DNA of 64,000 nucleotides from a virus. The notes under the pieces are model-generated. The model had not been told where the DNA came from, made no database searches, and saw only the letters and a list, made by a program, of their open reading frames with translations. Shown piece after piece: positions 38,288-47,707 of this stretch. Each line of letters begins with the position of its first letter. Within the stretch, counting starts at the first letter, position 1. The stretch lies in the IMG/VR virus record IMGVR_UViG_3300028920_000004, positions 1 to 64,000 of that record. The stretch is one strand, 5' to 3'. Both the position numbers and the translations under genes were made by a program.

Positions 38288-38721
38288 TATTTCCCTTCCT
38301 TGTTTATTTTCATTATACGTTCCACTTCTTCAATTAATTCTTCTGCACTTCTATAATTATGTTTATAATGAAAATTAATAGCTTTATCATCAAATATAAT
38401 ATCAAAATAAGGTTTAAATCTACTATCACATAAATTAGGGTCTCTTGGAGGTTGTCTATTTATAGCATGATATTTAAAATTATTATCTTTTAACCATTTT
38501 TTTAATTTAGGAGTACACATCCTACCAGTAAAAAGACCTATCCAATATCCTTTATCATAATAATGCTTCATAACATTTCTTATAGAAGCTACAGGACTTC
38601 CTAATTTATCAAACTCCCAAGGTCTAGTATAAGTAGCTATAACAGAATCAAAGTCAAACATTAGATAGCCTTTATATTGTAACATTTTATTCCTCCAAAT
38701 AGGCTTCCCATTTAGTTCCAA
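38287..38721 (-). CDS. HAD-family phosphatase
   Basis: FDFDSVI, FTGR, KP, FDDKA. Confidence 0.8.
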   Translation of the reverse strand: MELNGKPIWRNKMLQYKGYLMFDFDSVIATYTRPWEFDKLGSPVASIRNVMKHYYDKGYWIGLFTGRMCTPKLKKWLKDNNFKYHAINRQPPRDPNLCDSRFKPYFDIIFDDKAINFHYKHNYRSAEELIEEVERIMKINKEGK

Positions 38722-39358
38722 TTAATTTTTTCTTGATATAATTATAATTAATTATTAGTTTTTCTAAAGATTCTTTATTTTGTTTTTTAGTTACTGGTTT
38801 TAAATTTCTAACTTTAACTCCTAAAAATTTTTGTATCTTTTTTAATTCTTTGCTTAAATCTTTACATAAATCTTCGTAATAAACTGTAATTATAGGATTA
38901 TCTTTGAAATAATTATCTCCCCATTCTTCATTATTCTTTATTCCATTAATACGTTGAGCTAAATCTATATAATCTACTTTTATCATTTTTTTGTTAAGAG
39001 AGGTTCTTTTTCTACCTCTTATTAATCTCCACCAACCAGTTTTACACGCAATAAGATGAGATACTACTGTTCTTAATTTATTTTGTCTTTTAAGATGTAT
39101 AACTGAAATATTTTTACTTTTGCACCATTTCCAAAAATCTGCATTTGCATGGTTATAAAATATTTTAACACCTGTTACTTTATAACGTAAATTTCCCCAT
39201 ATTCTTTTTTTCTCAGAAGCTATAGTTCTATTTCGTCTTTTTAATTTTTTATGGTCAAAGGTTTCATTATAACACCTTATATCAGAATGTTTATTTAAAG
39301 CTGATTGTATTATAGTAGAACCTGTTCTTTCTCTTGCTAATATAATAAATTTCTTCAT
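38687..39358 (-). CDS. Stf0-family sulfotransferase
   Basis: ARERTGST, VIHLKRQNKLRTVVS, YYEDL, KQN...I.NY. Confidence 0.85.
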   Translation of the reverse strand: MKKFIILARERTGSTIIQSALNKHSDIRCYNETFDHKKLKRRNRTIASEKKRIWGNLRYKVTGVKIFYNHANADFWKWCKSKNISVIHLKRQNKLRTVVSHLIACKTGWWRLIRGRKRTSLNKKMIKVDYIDLAQRINGIKNNEEWGDNYFKDNPIITVYYEDLCKDLSKELKKIQKFLGVKVRNLKPVTKKQNKESLEKLIINYNYIKKKLIGTKWEAYLEE

Positions 39359-40533
39359 TATTTATCCCTTTTTATTATAGTTAGAACATCTTCATATCCT
39401 TGTTTTAATAAATAATCTACTACAGGAAAAGATACTAATACCTCTAAATGGTTCTTATTAAAAATTTTAGTATTTTCTGGCATATTTTTATATGAAATAT
39501 TTTCTCCTATTTTTTCTTTAGAATATTTTGGATTATCAACTGCTACTTCTAAACGAGGGGTTTCTAAATCTCCATATACCACCCATCTATGACAAGTTTC
39601 TCCTAATAAGCAAATATATTTATTATATTTTTGTAACTCTTTAATCAACATTAAATTCTTTTTTGTGTAAACTGCTTTTTGAATAGTATCATCTTTTGAG
39701 GTTTCTATTTCAATTTTAAAATTTTTAGATTTAAGTTCTCTGAATTTATGCTCTGATACTTTATGTAAATCTTTTAAAGTTTTTAACCCCATTTTTTCAA
39801 GATAAATTTTCCAGCTATCTCTTTTATTATCTGTTCTGGTTTTGGCATATTTACTAGTATCATCTTTCATTTGATGATTAACTACTACTGAGGGCACATA
39901 AGTAACTTTCCATTTAGTTTTCTTTAATCTAAAAAAGAAATCATTATGCTCAACCATTTTTAACCTTTCATCCCACATTATATCCTCAAATATTTCTCTT
40001 TTGGCTAAAAAGAAATTTAAAGCTAATTGAGAATAATAATATTTAATATATGGATATTCTTTCGTAGTTTTCCATTCCCGACTTTCTTTATCTATTAAAT
40101 AAAATTGATGATTAATATTATCTAGGTACATATCATAAGTATGAATATCTCTATTATTAACCCTACCTGCTGATATGCCTATATATTTATCTTCATTTAA
40201 AACTTGTTTAAGAGTATTCAAATTTGTCTGTTCATAAAAATCAAAATCATTATCTATTATCAATATATAAGGTTCTGTTGATTGTTTGATTAAAAAATTA
40301 CGAGCAAAAGACAATCCACAATTAAAAGGTAGATTATAAATCTTATGACCTTCTTTTTCTAATTCTTTAAAAAATCCCATTTCTCTAATATTAAATTTGT
40401 CTTGATTACCGACATAAAATCTTATTGTTGTAGGATAATATCTACGAATAGATTTTATTTCTTCTATGGTTTTATTTATCCTAGTAAAAGAAGGTATTAT
40501 AACTGCTATATCTGGAATTTTCTTATAATACAT
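39358..40533 (-). CDS. Glycosyltransferase family 2 with C-terminal extension
   Basis: PFNCGLSFARN, IIDND, WDERLKMVEH. Confidence 0.85.
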   Translation of the reverse strand: MYYKKIPDIAVIIPSFTRINKTIEEIKSIRRYYPTTIRFYVGNQDKFNIREMGFFKELEKEGHKIYNLPFNCGLSFARNFLIKQSTEPYILIIDNDFDFYEQTNLNTLKQVLNEDKYIGISAGRVNNRDIHTYDMYLDNINHQFYLIDKESREWKTTKEYPYIKYYYSQLALNFFLAKREIFEDIMWDERLKMVEHNDFFFRLKKTKWKVTYVPSVVVNHQMKDDTSKYAKTRTDNKRDSWKIYLEKMGLKTLKDLHKVSEHKFRELKSKNFKIEIETSKDDTIQKAVYTKKNLMLIKELQKYNKYICLLGETCHRWVVYGDLETPRLEVAVDNPKYSKEKIGENISYKNMPENTKIFNKNHLEVLVSFPVVDYLLKQGYEDVLTIIKRDK

Positions 40534-41570
40534 TAAATTTCCTTTATTATTATTCTATCTTCATAAGGATGTTGTAAAACTATTCTCTTAATATCTGTAA
40601 ATAAATTCCATTTTTTATGTTTTACATTTTTCAAAATACATTCGCTATAGAAATTATATTTTAAATAATATAAAAATCTTTTAACTTTGTTCATATCAGG
40701 ATATTTAGTAAACATATTTATTATAGCTTCTATATCATATATAGATGATACTTTTTGATTTATATCTTTGAAATTATAAAAAGCTTCTCCTACTATTACA
40801 ACTGGTTTTTTCCACATCATAGCTTGTAAACCAATTCCAGAATTAATGGTCAATATTAAATCAGAATATTCTATCATTGATTTATAATGAAAATTATCTA
40901 CAATTCTCAAATTTTTAGTTTCTTTGTTAATATGATATTTATCTTCTTTTTCTATTGGATGATTCTTTACTAAAAATAACCAAGTAGGATATTCTTGTGC
41001 CAATTTCTTAATCAATATATTAAAATTAGTAGTATTTTCAATCCAATTACTCCATAAAAGAGTAACAGTATCATCATGAACTTGTAAAGGAACAAAAATA
41101 ATTCTATTATATTTATTTAGATTTATATTTAACATATCACAAAAAAGCCCAAAAGAAGGTCTATTATTTTTTTGAGTTTCTAATGAAGTATTGTCTTTTT
41201 TAAAATTATCAATATATTGATTTATTTTTTCTTTTTGAACTTCTGTTAAAAGATGATTCCATCTACTTTCATCATAAGAAGAACTATCTACCAAAAATCC
41301 ATTTTTATCCATAAATACAGTATTAGGCAAAGCCCCTCTTTCTATAATATAGACTGGATGATTAATTTTTCTAAGATATTCATAAAGTTCAAATTTCCAT
41401 TTATTTCTGTCAGTAACTAAATATCCATAAGGATTCCATAGAAGAACAGGATTTTCTGGAGAAATATTATCACCTGCTCTAAGACTTTTTTTAGAGATAT
41501 TTAAATGTTTTCTAAGCAATTTTACACAAGGATGATTAAAATCTGGAGTTAAAAATTTAAAAGTATTCAT
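40533..41570 (-). CDS. KpsS/KpsC-like (GT107) beta-Kdo transferase
   Basis: IERGALP, FVPLQVHDD (QxxxD), KNHP, TINSGIGLQAM..KPV..G.AFY. Confidence 0.8.
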   Translation of the reverse strand: MNTFKFLTPDFNHPCVKLLRKHLNISKKSLRAGDNISPENPVLLWNPYGYLVTDRNKWKFELYEYLRKINHPVYIIERGALPNTVFMDKNGFLVDSSSYDESRWNHLLTEVQKEKINQYIDNFKKDNTSLETQKNNRPSFGLFCDMLNINLNKYNRIIFVPLQVHDDTVTLLWSNWIENTTNFNILIKKLAQEYPTWLFLVKNHPIEKEDKYHINKETKNLRIVDNFHYKSMIEYSDLILTINSGIGLQAMMWKKPVVIVGEAFYNFKDINQKVSSIYDIEAIINMFTKYPDMNKVKRFLYYLKYNFYSECILKNVKHKKWNLFTDIKRIVLQHPYEDRIIIKEI

Positions 41571-42223
41571 TATATTTCCTTTGGATAATTAAAAGTCTTA
41601 AAATCTTCTTTATACCAAGCTATGATAGTTGATTTTTTCATTTCGTTATTATACAATTCTTTATAATTTTTGTTTTTAGATTCTCTAATTTTAGGTAATT
41701 CTTTTATAATTATATTTGCATTTCTAAACGTCAATCTTAATCCATAATTAAAATCTAATTCAAACTTAATAATTTTATTTATTTTAAATTCTTCTACAAT
41801 ATGACTTTGAATATAAGAATGAGCATCTTTATTGTAAATTCCTCTCGGCAAATAAGTATGTAAAAATTTTAAAAAACTAATACCTTCTTCCCAATCTTTC
41901 CTATATATTCCATAATTGGCTATTGTAGGAACTTTTTTTCCTCTAAATTTTTCTATTTTTTCAGGAGTTGACTGAATTTTATCAAGATATAAAGAAGCAA
42001 TTCTGGTATAGGGATTTCTCACAACTATAAATTTTTTATAATCTGAAGGAATATCTTTAGCATTTATTAATAAATGCCTGGTAGAATCATGAATGTTATT
42101 TTCTTTTATTTCTAATCCCATACTATTTGCTATAATAAATTTAATAGTAGAACTACCAGCTTTTCCATTTACAATATATGCTAATTTACTATTAGGTATT
42201 AATATTGCTTTTATAGGTAACAT
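41570..42223 (-). CDS. Carbohydrate sulfotransferase (Sulfotransfer_2 type)
   Basis: KAGSSTIK, VRNPYTRIASLY, H...Q, Y..DF..FNY. Confidence 0.85.
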   Translation of the reverse strand: MLPIKAILIPNSKLAYIVNGKAGSSTIKFIIANSMGLEIKENNIHDSTRHLLINAKDIPSDYKKFIVVRNPYTRIASLYLDKIQSTPEKIEKFRGKKVPTIANYGIYRKDWEEGISFLKFLHTYLPRGIYNKDAHSYIQSHIVEEFKINKIIKFELDFNYGLRLTFRNANIIIKELPKIRESKNKNYKELYNNEMKKSTIIAWYKEDFKTFNYPKEI

Positions 42224-42633
42224 TATATGATTTTTCCTTTAAAATAAATAGATTCTAAATTTTTATCTGAAGAAATTATTTTTCGTCTTAAAAGTTCTTC
42301 CTTTAATTTTAGCATCCCATAATTTTTTCCTATTTTTTTAATTTTCTTTATTTTAGTTGTTTTTCCTATTTTTGTATTTACATTATCTACTTTAAAAGAT
42401 AATTGAGTATTTTTATTTATTCTATTTTTAAGTGTTTTAAGCTTATGTTTTAATAATAAAATTCGAACTTCATAATTATCAAAAGAAGGAATTTCAAAAT
42501 AATTAACATATAAATTTTTTATTGGCTTTCTAAATATGTCAATACTTTCTACATAACCTATAACCTTTCTTCTATAAATCAATTCGCATATTCTTATATC
42601 TTCATCTATATCTGCTCTTTTATATCTTCTCAT
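42223..42633 (-). CDS. Hypothetical protein
   Basis: Translationally coupled ORF. Confidence 0.5.
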   Translation of the reverse strand: MRRYKRADIDEDIRICELIYRRKVIGYVESIDIFRKPIKNLYVNYFEIPSFDNYEVRILLLKHKLKTLKNRINKNTQLSFKVDNVNTKIGKTTKIKKIKKIGKNYGMLKLKEELLRRKIISSDKNLESIYFKGKII

Positions 42634-42634
42634 T

Positions 42635-43414
42635 TTAATTCCTTTCTTTTAATTGTCCATTATGATTTACTATATAAAATTTATTTACTTTCCAATTTAT
42701 CTTAAAATATTTTAAATGTCTATTTCTTTTTCTTAATTTAGCATATTCAGAAGAAGGTAATTTATGATTGTGTAATATTTTCATATCTGGACAATGACAT
42801 ATTCTTTGTTCATGAAGTTTACACTTTAAGAAATAATCAGCATGTTCGCCTCCAGAAATTTTTGTATCTTCATTCCAAGAATAAAGCAAAGCTTTAGTAG
42901 CTATCCAAAAATTAGGAACATAATCACAATAATAAAATTTAGTTTCTGGAGTTTCTTCCCATTTTTTACCTACATATTCTATGGGTATTCTTATAAATAA
43001 ATTATATTCTGGTTCATATATAAATATACCTTCCCATTCTTGAACTTTTCCATTAGGTCTTGTAATTTTACCACCTACTATATCTGCTACCCCTCTTTTT
43101 AATAAAGATTTTCCTATTTTTAAACTATCATCTTGAAATATAAAATCATCTTCCACAATAACAATATATTTTTGCTTAACTTTATCCAAAAGAAAATTTC
43201 TAGCATATGGAAGACCGCAATCAAAAGGAACTTTATAATAATTTACAAAATTTCTTTCATATAATTCAGTATCTATCTCTTTATTTTGGTCAGCGACATA
43301 TATATGAATATCAGGATAAAATTTACTAATACTTTCTATACATTCCTTTATTGCTTTAGGTCTTAATATTGTAGTTAAAGTTATTGCAGTATCTTTCATT
43401 TTAATCCTCCTCAA
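42635..43414 (-). CDS. Glycosyltransferase family 2
   Basis: TTILRP, PFDCGLPYARN, VEDD, EHADYF. Confidence 0.85.
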   Translation of the reverse strand: MRRIKMKDTAITLTTILRPKAIKECIESISKFYPDIHIYVADQNKEIDTELYERNFVNYYKVPFDCGLPYARNFLLDKVKQKYIVIVEDDFIFQDDSLKIGKSLLKRGVADIVGGKITRPNGKVQEWEGIFIYEPEYNLFIRIPIEYVGKKWEETPETKFYYCDYVPNFWIATKALLYSWNEDTKISGGEHADYFLKCKLHEQRICHCPDMKILHNHKLPSSEYAKLRKRNRHLKYFKINWKVNKFYIVNHNGQLKERN

Positions 43415-44057
43415 ACCAATTCCAAGATTTCATATCTCCTTTAAAATTAGGTTTAAAATAAGGGTCATCTGGAAAATAATCTTTAAGGGTTTCTATATCA
43501 TACCATCCAGTTGTTAATTTAGGTAATTTTTTATTTTTTCTTTTCTTTACAAAACCTACGATATTATATCTTATTCTTTTAAATCTGCCATTTCTTACAT
43601 CAAACCCTGTTAATATTAAATTATACATCAAACTTCCAATATTCCAACCTGTAGAAATATGTCCTCCTACTATATTGTTTTTATATGGAGGTACTATCAC
43701 AAAAAATATACCATTATCATTTAAAAGATTATATATTTTATTCAAAAATATTCCAGTATCTTGTATATGTTCCATAACATGAGAAGCGAGAATGGCATCA
43801 AATTTTTTATTAAATTTGTAAGTCATAAAATCGCCTTTAATAAAATGATAGTTAGGGTGGTTATAATTAAAATGCTTAGTAATATCTATAGAATAAAGTT
43901 CTTTATTATTTTTTGTAAAAAATTTAGTAATATCTGTATGTTTACCAGTGCCTATATCTAAAATACTGTTAAAATTATAAGTAAGAATTTTATTAAAAAT
44001 TTCTATCATATCTCTTTTTTTTATATTCTTTATATTTGACATCATAATTCCTTCCAT
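43401..44057 (-). CDS. Class I SAM-dependent methyltransferase
   Basis: ILDIGTG, FDAILASHVMEH, IVPP. Confidence 0.85.
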   Translation of the reverse strand: MEGIMMSNIKNIKKRDMIEIFNKILTYNFNSILDIGTGKHTDITKFFTKNNKELYSIDITKHFNYNHPNYHFIKGDFMTYKFNKKFDAILASHVMEHIQDTGIFLNKIYNLLNDNGIFFVIVPPYKNNIVGGHISTGWNIGSLMYNLILTGFDVRNGRFKRIRYNIVGFVKKRKNKKLPKLTTGWYDIETLKDYFPDDPYFKPNFKGDMKSWNWFEED

Positions 44058-44155
44058 ATTAATCCACTTCCATACTTCTGCAAATAATTAAAGAATTCTA
44101 TTTATATAATTTCCATTTGATAAAGATTTTTTAATACTTACCCAATAATTTTTCA

Positions 44156-44683
44156 TCATATTATCTTATTATCCTCTAAATATTTTATTACTTTATTTGT
44201 AGATTCTTCTATAGTTTCTGTTTCAGTATCACATATAATTTCAGGATTTTTAGGGGCTTCATATGGGTCATCAAATCCAGTAAAGCCTTTAATTTTACCT
44301 TTTAATGCTTTTTTCCACATTCCTTTAACATCTCTTTTTATACATTCTTTTACAGAGGCTTTGACAAAAACTTCGACAAAATTTGTAACATTATTTCTTA
44401 TATTCTCTCTTGTTTTTGCATAAGGACTTACAAATGAAGCAATTACTACTACTCCATTTCTTGATAAAAGTTTAGATACAAAATTTATTCTATTTATATT
44501 TTTATCTCTATCCTCTTTAGAAAATCCCAAATCATTACTTAATTTTCCTTTTCTTACTATATCCCCATCTAATCGTTCTACTCTTTTTCCTCTGTTATAT
44601 AGTTCTTTAGCCAATTCATCTGCTATTGAACTTTTTCCTGAACAAGGAATTCCAGTAAACCAAACTACACATCCTTTTTTCAT
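44156..44683 (-). CDS. cysC: Adenylyl-sulfate (APS) kinase
   Basis: WFTGIPCSGKS, LDGD, DLGFSKEDR, SFVSP, RDVKG, FTGFDDPYEAP. Confidence 0.95.
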   Translation of the reverse strand: MKKGCVVWFTGIPCSGKSSIADELAKELYNRGKRVERLDGDIVRKGKLSNDLGFSKEDRDKNINRINFVSKLLSRNGVVVIASFVSPYAKTRENIRNNVTNFVEVFVKASVKECIKRDVKGMWKKALKGKIKGFTGFDDPYEAPKNPEIICDTETETIEESTNKVIKYLEDNKII

Positions 44684-44699
44684 AAAAGGTCTCCTTAAA

Positions 44700-45647
44700 T
44701 TATATTTTATTTATTATAGTAGCAATTAGATATACAATAGAAAATCCCAAAATTGGAGACATTATCCAAGTTAAAAAACATTTTTTAATAGTTTTTATTC
44801 CTAATTTCTTTATACCTTTTCCTCTATTAGCTACCCCAAATCCAAAAACTGCAAAAGAATTTAATTGTACTAAAGATTGAGGAAGACCTATCAAAGATGC
44901 ACTAATTAATAAACTACCTGTTACTAAACTTATAATACCTGCCGATATTAAATCTAATTGTGTAACTTTTTTTCCTATAGACTGTAAATTTCCTTTGCCT
45001 AAAACAAATCCTCCTATTCCAAAAAAAGGAGCAAGTATAAAAGTCGCTAATTTACTTGTCATAATTTGTGCTCCTGCAAAAACACCTGAAGCATTAGCTA
45101 CATTATTAGACCCTATGCTAAAAGCAGTATAACAACTTGTAAGTATATCCCAAAATTTAATAGAATTATGTTTAAAGTCTTTTATTTTTGGATAAATAAA
45201 TTTACCACATAAAAAAGTAATTAAAAAAGCAGAAAAAGGTAACACTATCCATAAAGGAATCATTCTTTGAAAAATTTCCCATTTAACTGCATTATGATAA
45301 GCTCCATACCCTACAATACTAAAAACTGTAATTTGACTTGTAGAGGCTGGTATTTTAAATAAATTAGCTAAAAATAAAGCAATAGTAGTTCCAGTAAAAA
45401 TGATTAATGCACTTTTTATGTTCAATAATTCTGGATTTATTAATCCTTTACTGATTACTTTCACTACTCTAAATCCTAATAAATAAGCCCCTAATAATAC
45501 AAATATTGCAAATAAAATAGAAGCTTTTTTTCTTGATATTATCCCTCCTCCATATTCTGCTGAAAAAGTAGGAGCAATACCAGACCCTCCCATATTAACT
45601 GCAAATAAAATTCCTAAAAATATTAAACCTATTACTAATAAATTCAT
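44700..45647 (-). CDS. PiT-family anion permease, CysP (sulfate) type
   Basis: Multi-TM; N-terminal NMGGSG..(S)A.YG.G resembles B. subtilis CysP NIGASG rather than PitA; second signature GSNNVANA; PASTSQ. Confidence 0.8.
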   Translation of the reverse strand: MNLLVIGLIFLGILFAVNMGGSGIAPTFSAEYGGGIISRKKASILFAIFVLLGAYLLGFRVVKVISKGLINPELLNIKSALIIFTGTTIALFLANLFKIPASTSQITVFSIVGYGAYHNAVKWEIFQRMIPLWIVLPFSAFLITFLCGKFIYPKIKDFKHNSIKFWDILTSCYTAFSIGSNNVANASGVFAGAQIMTSKLATFILAPFFGIGGFVLGKGNLQSIGKKVTQLDLISAGIISLVTGSLLISASLIGLPQSLVQLNSFAVFGFGVANRGKGIKKLGIKTIKKCFLTWIMSPILGFSIVYLIATIINKI

Positions 45648-45664
45648 AAATTCTCCATTATAAT

Positions 45665-46303
45665 TTAAAGTTTTTTTATTTTCGGAAAAATTTCTAAAGC
45701 CAATTTAAGAATCATATATGGACTATAATGATTCATGTTTAATAAATATTTTTTTATATTTTGCTTATCCATTAATATAGTAGGATTAAGAAACTCAGTA
45801 TTTAAATTATTATGACAATATTCATCTAAAGTTTGTATCATTTTTGTTCTTGAAGGTTTATTGTATATATTATGATTACTCACAAACAATATAGGTTTAT
45901 TATCTAACAATTTATGAATTTTTTTTAATTTGGCTACATAATTATCAGAATAAACTTTTTTATATTTAGTATGTTTATAAAATTTAGGAAAAGGAGATAA
46001 ATAATAACCATGTTCGCACAAATAATTAGTAACTCCGCTAATCTCTATTATATATTTATCTATTTTATTAATAGGAATAGTTATTTTTTTTGTTTTAATA
46101 CATTCTAAATTTCCACTCCGTTTATTTATAATATCCTTATGATTAGGTCTAATACCTTTTAAAATTTCTATAGCTTGAATAATTTGTTCTAACGTATGCA
46201 AATGCGGTAAAATCATATATAATTCCATAGAAGTATCTTTACATCGTCTATATACTCTGGTTGGATTTTTTACTCTGCAACTTCCAATAGTTAATATTTT
46301 CAT
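45665..46303 (-). CDS. Hypothetical protein, possibly SGNH-like glycan-modifying enzyme
   Basis: N-terminal IGSCR, IEIS, C-terminal NHYS. Confidence 0.45.
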   Translation of the reverse strand: MKILTIGSCRVKNPTRVYRRCKDTSMELYMILPHLHTLEQIIQAIEILKGIRPNHKDIINKRSGNLECIKTKKITIPINKIDKYIIEISGVTNYLCEHGYYLSPFPKFYKHTKYKKVYSDNYVAKLKKIHKLLDNKPILFVSNHNIYNKPSRTKMIQTLDEYCHNNLNTEFLNPTILMDKQNIKKYLLNMNHYSPYMILKLALEIFPKIKKL

Positions 46304-46944
46304 TAATTCTTTTCATCCTCTATATTAAAAGGTATTACTAAATTTGCTAAAGATTTGCTCTGGCATACACTATTATATTCTCTTTCCACTACATATTTCC
46401 TAAATTTATTTTCGGGATTTTCTTTTCCTCTATTAGCTCTAAATTTAAAAGTATCTTCAGGATTTCCATCTAGATAAACCCCATAATCAAATAAATTACC
46501 ATATAAAGCATATAACCCTTCTACTATTAAAAGGTCAATATTTTTAGAGTTACAAATAGAAAATTCAATACTATCTATATACATATGTATTCTTTGAATA
46601 TATAATTTCTTTTCATTATTTTTAAAATTCTTTAATACTTTATTAAATTTCTCCCACATTATTTCTTCTTTACCTATTATATCAGTTTCTTTTCTAACTT
46701 TATTTCTTATATGCCAATTAGTCTTATAATAATCATCTAGATGTAATACCTTATTTTTAATATTATATTTTTTATATAACTGTTCTTGAATAACATAAGC
46801 ACATTCTGTTTTTCCAGTTCCGCTTACTCCTGTAATAGCTAATATAAATTTACTGTCTTTTTTATATTTTTTAAGAACTTCCGCTAAAATAATTTCTGCT
46901 TTTTTTTCATGCAAAGGTAATATATTTACTCTATCTCCAATCAT
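46303..46944 (-). CDS. Uridine kinase/PRK-like P-loop kinase
   Basis: GVSGTGKT, LHLDDYY, IVEGLYA. Confidence 0.75.
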   Translation of the reverse strand: MIGDRVNILPLHEKKAEIILAEVLKKYKKDSKFILAITGVSGTGKTECAYVIQEQLYKKYNIKNKVLHLDDYYKTNWHIRNKVRKETDIIGKEEIMWEKFNKVLKNFKNNEKKLYIQRIHMYIDSIEFSICNSKNIDLLIVEGLYALYGNLFDYGVYLDGNPEDTFKFRANRGKENPENKFRKYVVEREYNSVCQSKSLANLVIPFNIEDEKN

Positions 46945-46958
46945 CTTATCCTCACTTT

Positions 46959-47114
46959 TTAGACAAATTCATATTTTCCATTACCTACATATTTTCTTTC
47001 ATATTTTTTTTGACAAAAAGGACAATTAAATTTACCTTCACCTATCATTTTAACCACAAATATATGTCCACATTCACAATTTATAGTTATAGTATTATAT
47101 CTTTTATTTTCCAT
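46959..47114 (-). CDS. Small zinc-ribbon protein, 51 aa (not in ORF track)
   Basis: CECG ... CPFC. Confidence 0.6.
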   Translation of the reverse strand: MENKRYNTITINCECGHIFVVKMIGEGKFNCPFCQKKYERKYVGNGKYEFV

Positions 47115-47466
47115 TATTTTTTCTCCTTATTTCGGTAGCACTAATTGATTCTGTTTCTTTATCCAATTTAATTTCATTTATGCCCCAACCAACTTTTCTT
47201 CCATGGCAAACTTCTTTAATATCTGGAAGAGTAACATATTTAACCCTTCCGCTTTTAATTTCTTCCCTAAATTCTTTTCTTATCATTTCAACTCTTTCTC
47301 TAACAGTATAAGGATTTTTATCATCTATTTTAGTATCTCTTATTCCTATACAAACTTTTCCATTTTTATTTAAAACAGTTCTTATTAATTGTATATGTCC
47401 AGCGTGAAGCGGTTGCCATCTCCCAATAAATAAACTATATTCTCCTGTAAAATTATTATTAGACAT
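47104..47466 (-). CDS. Small HIGH-motif nucleotidyltransferase (candidate minimal sulfate adenylyltransferase)
   Basis: FIGRWQPLHAGH, NPY...ER, HGRKVG, ISATEIR. Confidence 0.8.
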   Translation of the reverse strand: MSNNNFTGEYSLFIGRWQPLHAGHIQLIRTVLNKNGKVCIGIRDTKIDDKNPYTVRERVEMIRKEFREEIKSGRVKYVTLPDIKEVCHGRKVGWGINEIKLDKETESISATEIRRKNNGK

Positions 47467-47468
47467 AA

Positions 47469-47684
47469 TTAAAATCCTTTCTTAGTTCCTTTTCTTAAAT
47501 CTAATATTATAGTTGAAAAATAATAATAGTCTTCTTCAAAATGTTTTTTAGCATGTTCGATTGAAAAATTTCTTAATTCTTTAAGTGCTAATAATTGTGC
47601 TTCTTCTGTAGCCTCATATTTTATGATAAATACTTCTCCACAACCTGTACAAGTTCTAATTACTAAATTCATATATTTTTCCAT
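47469..47684 (-). CDS. Hypothetical protein
   Basis: CTGC ... H...H. Confidence 0.55.
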   Translation of the reverse strand: MEKYMNLVIRTCTGCGEVFIIKYEATEEAQLLALKELRNFSIEHAKKHFEEDYYYFSTIILDLRKGTKKGF

Positions 47685-47707
47685 AAGCTCTCACTTTTTT
47701 AAAATCA

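Noticed and set aside
44156-45647. Auxiliary sulfur assimilation genes or host chromosomal contamination
   Set aside because: No reductases are present, and the genes are coupled within the phage operon with the same composition
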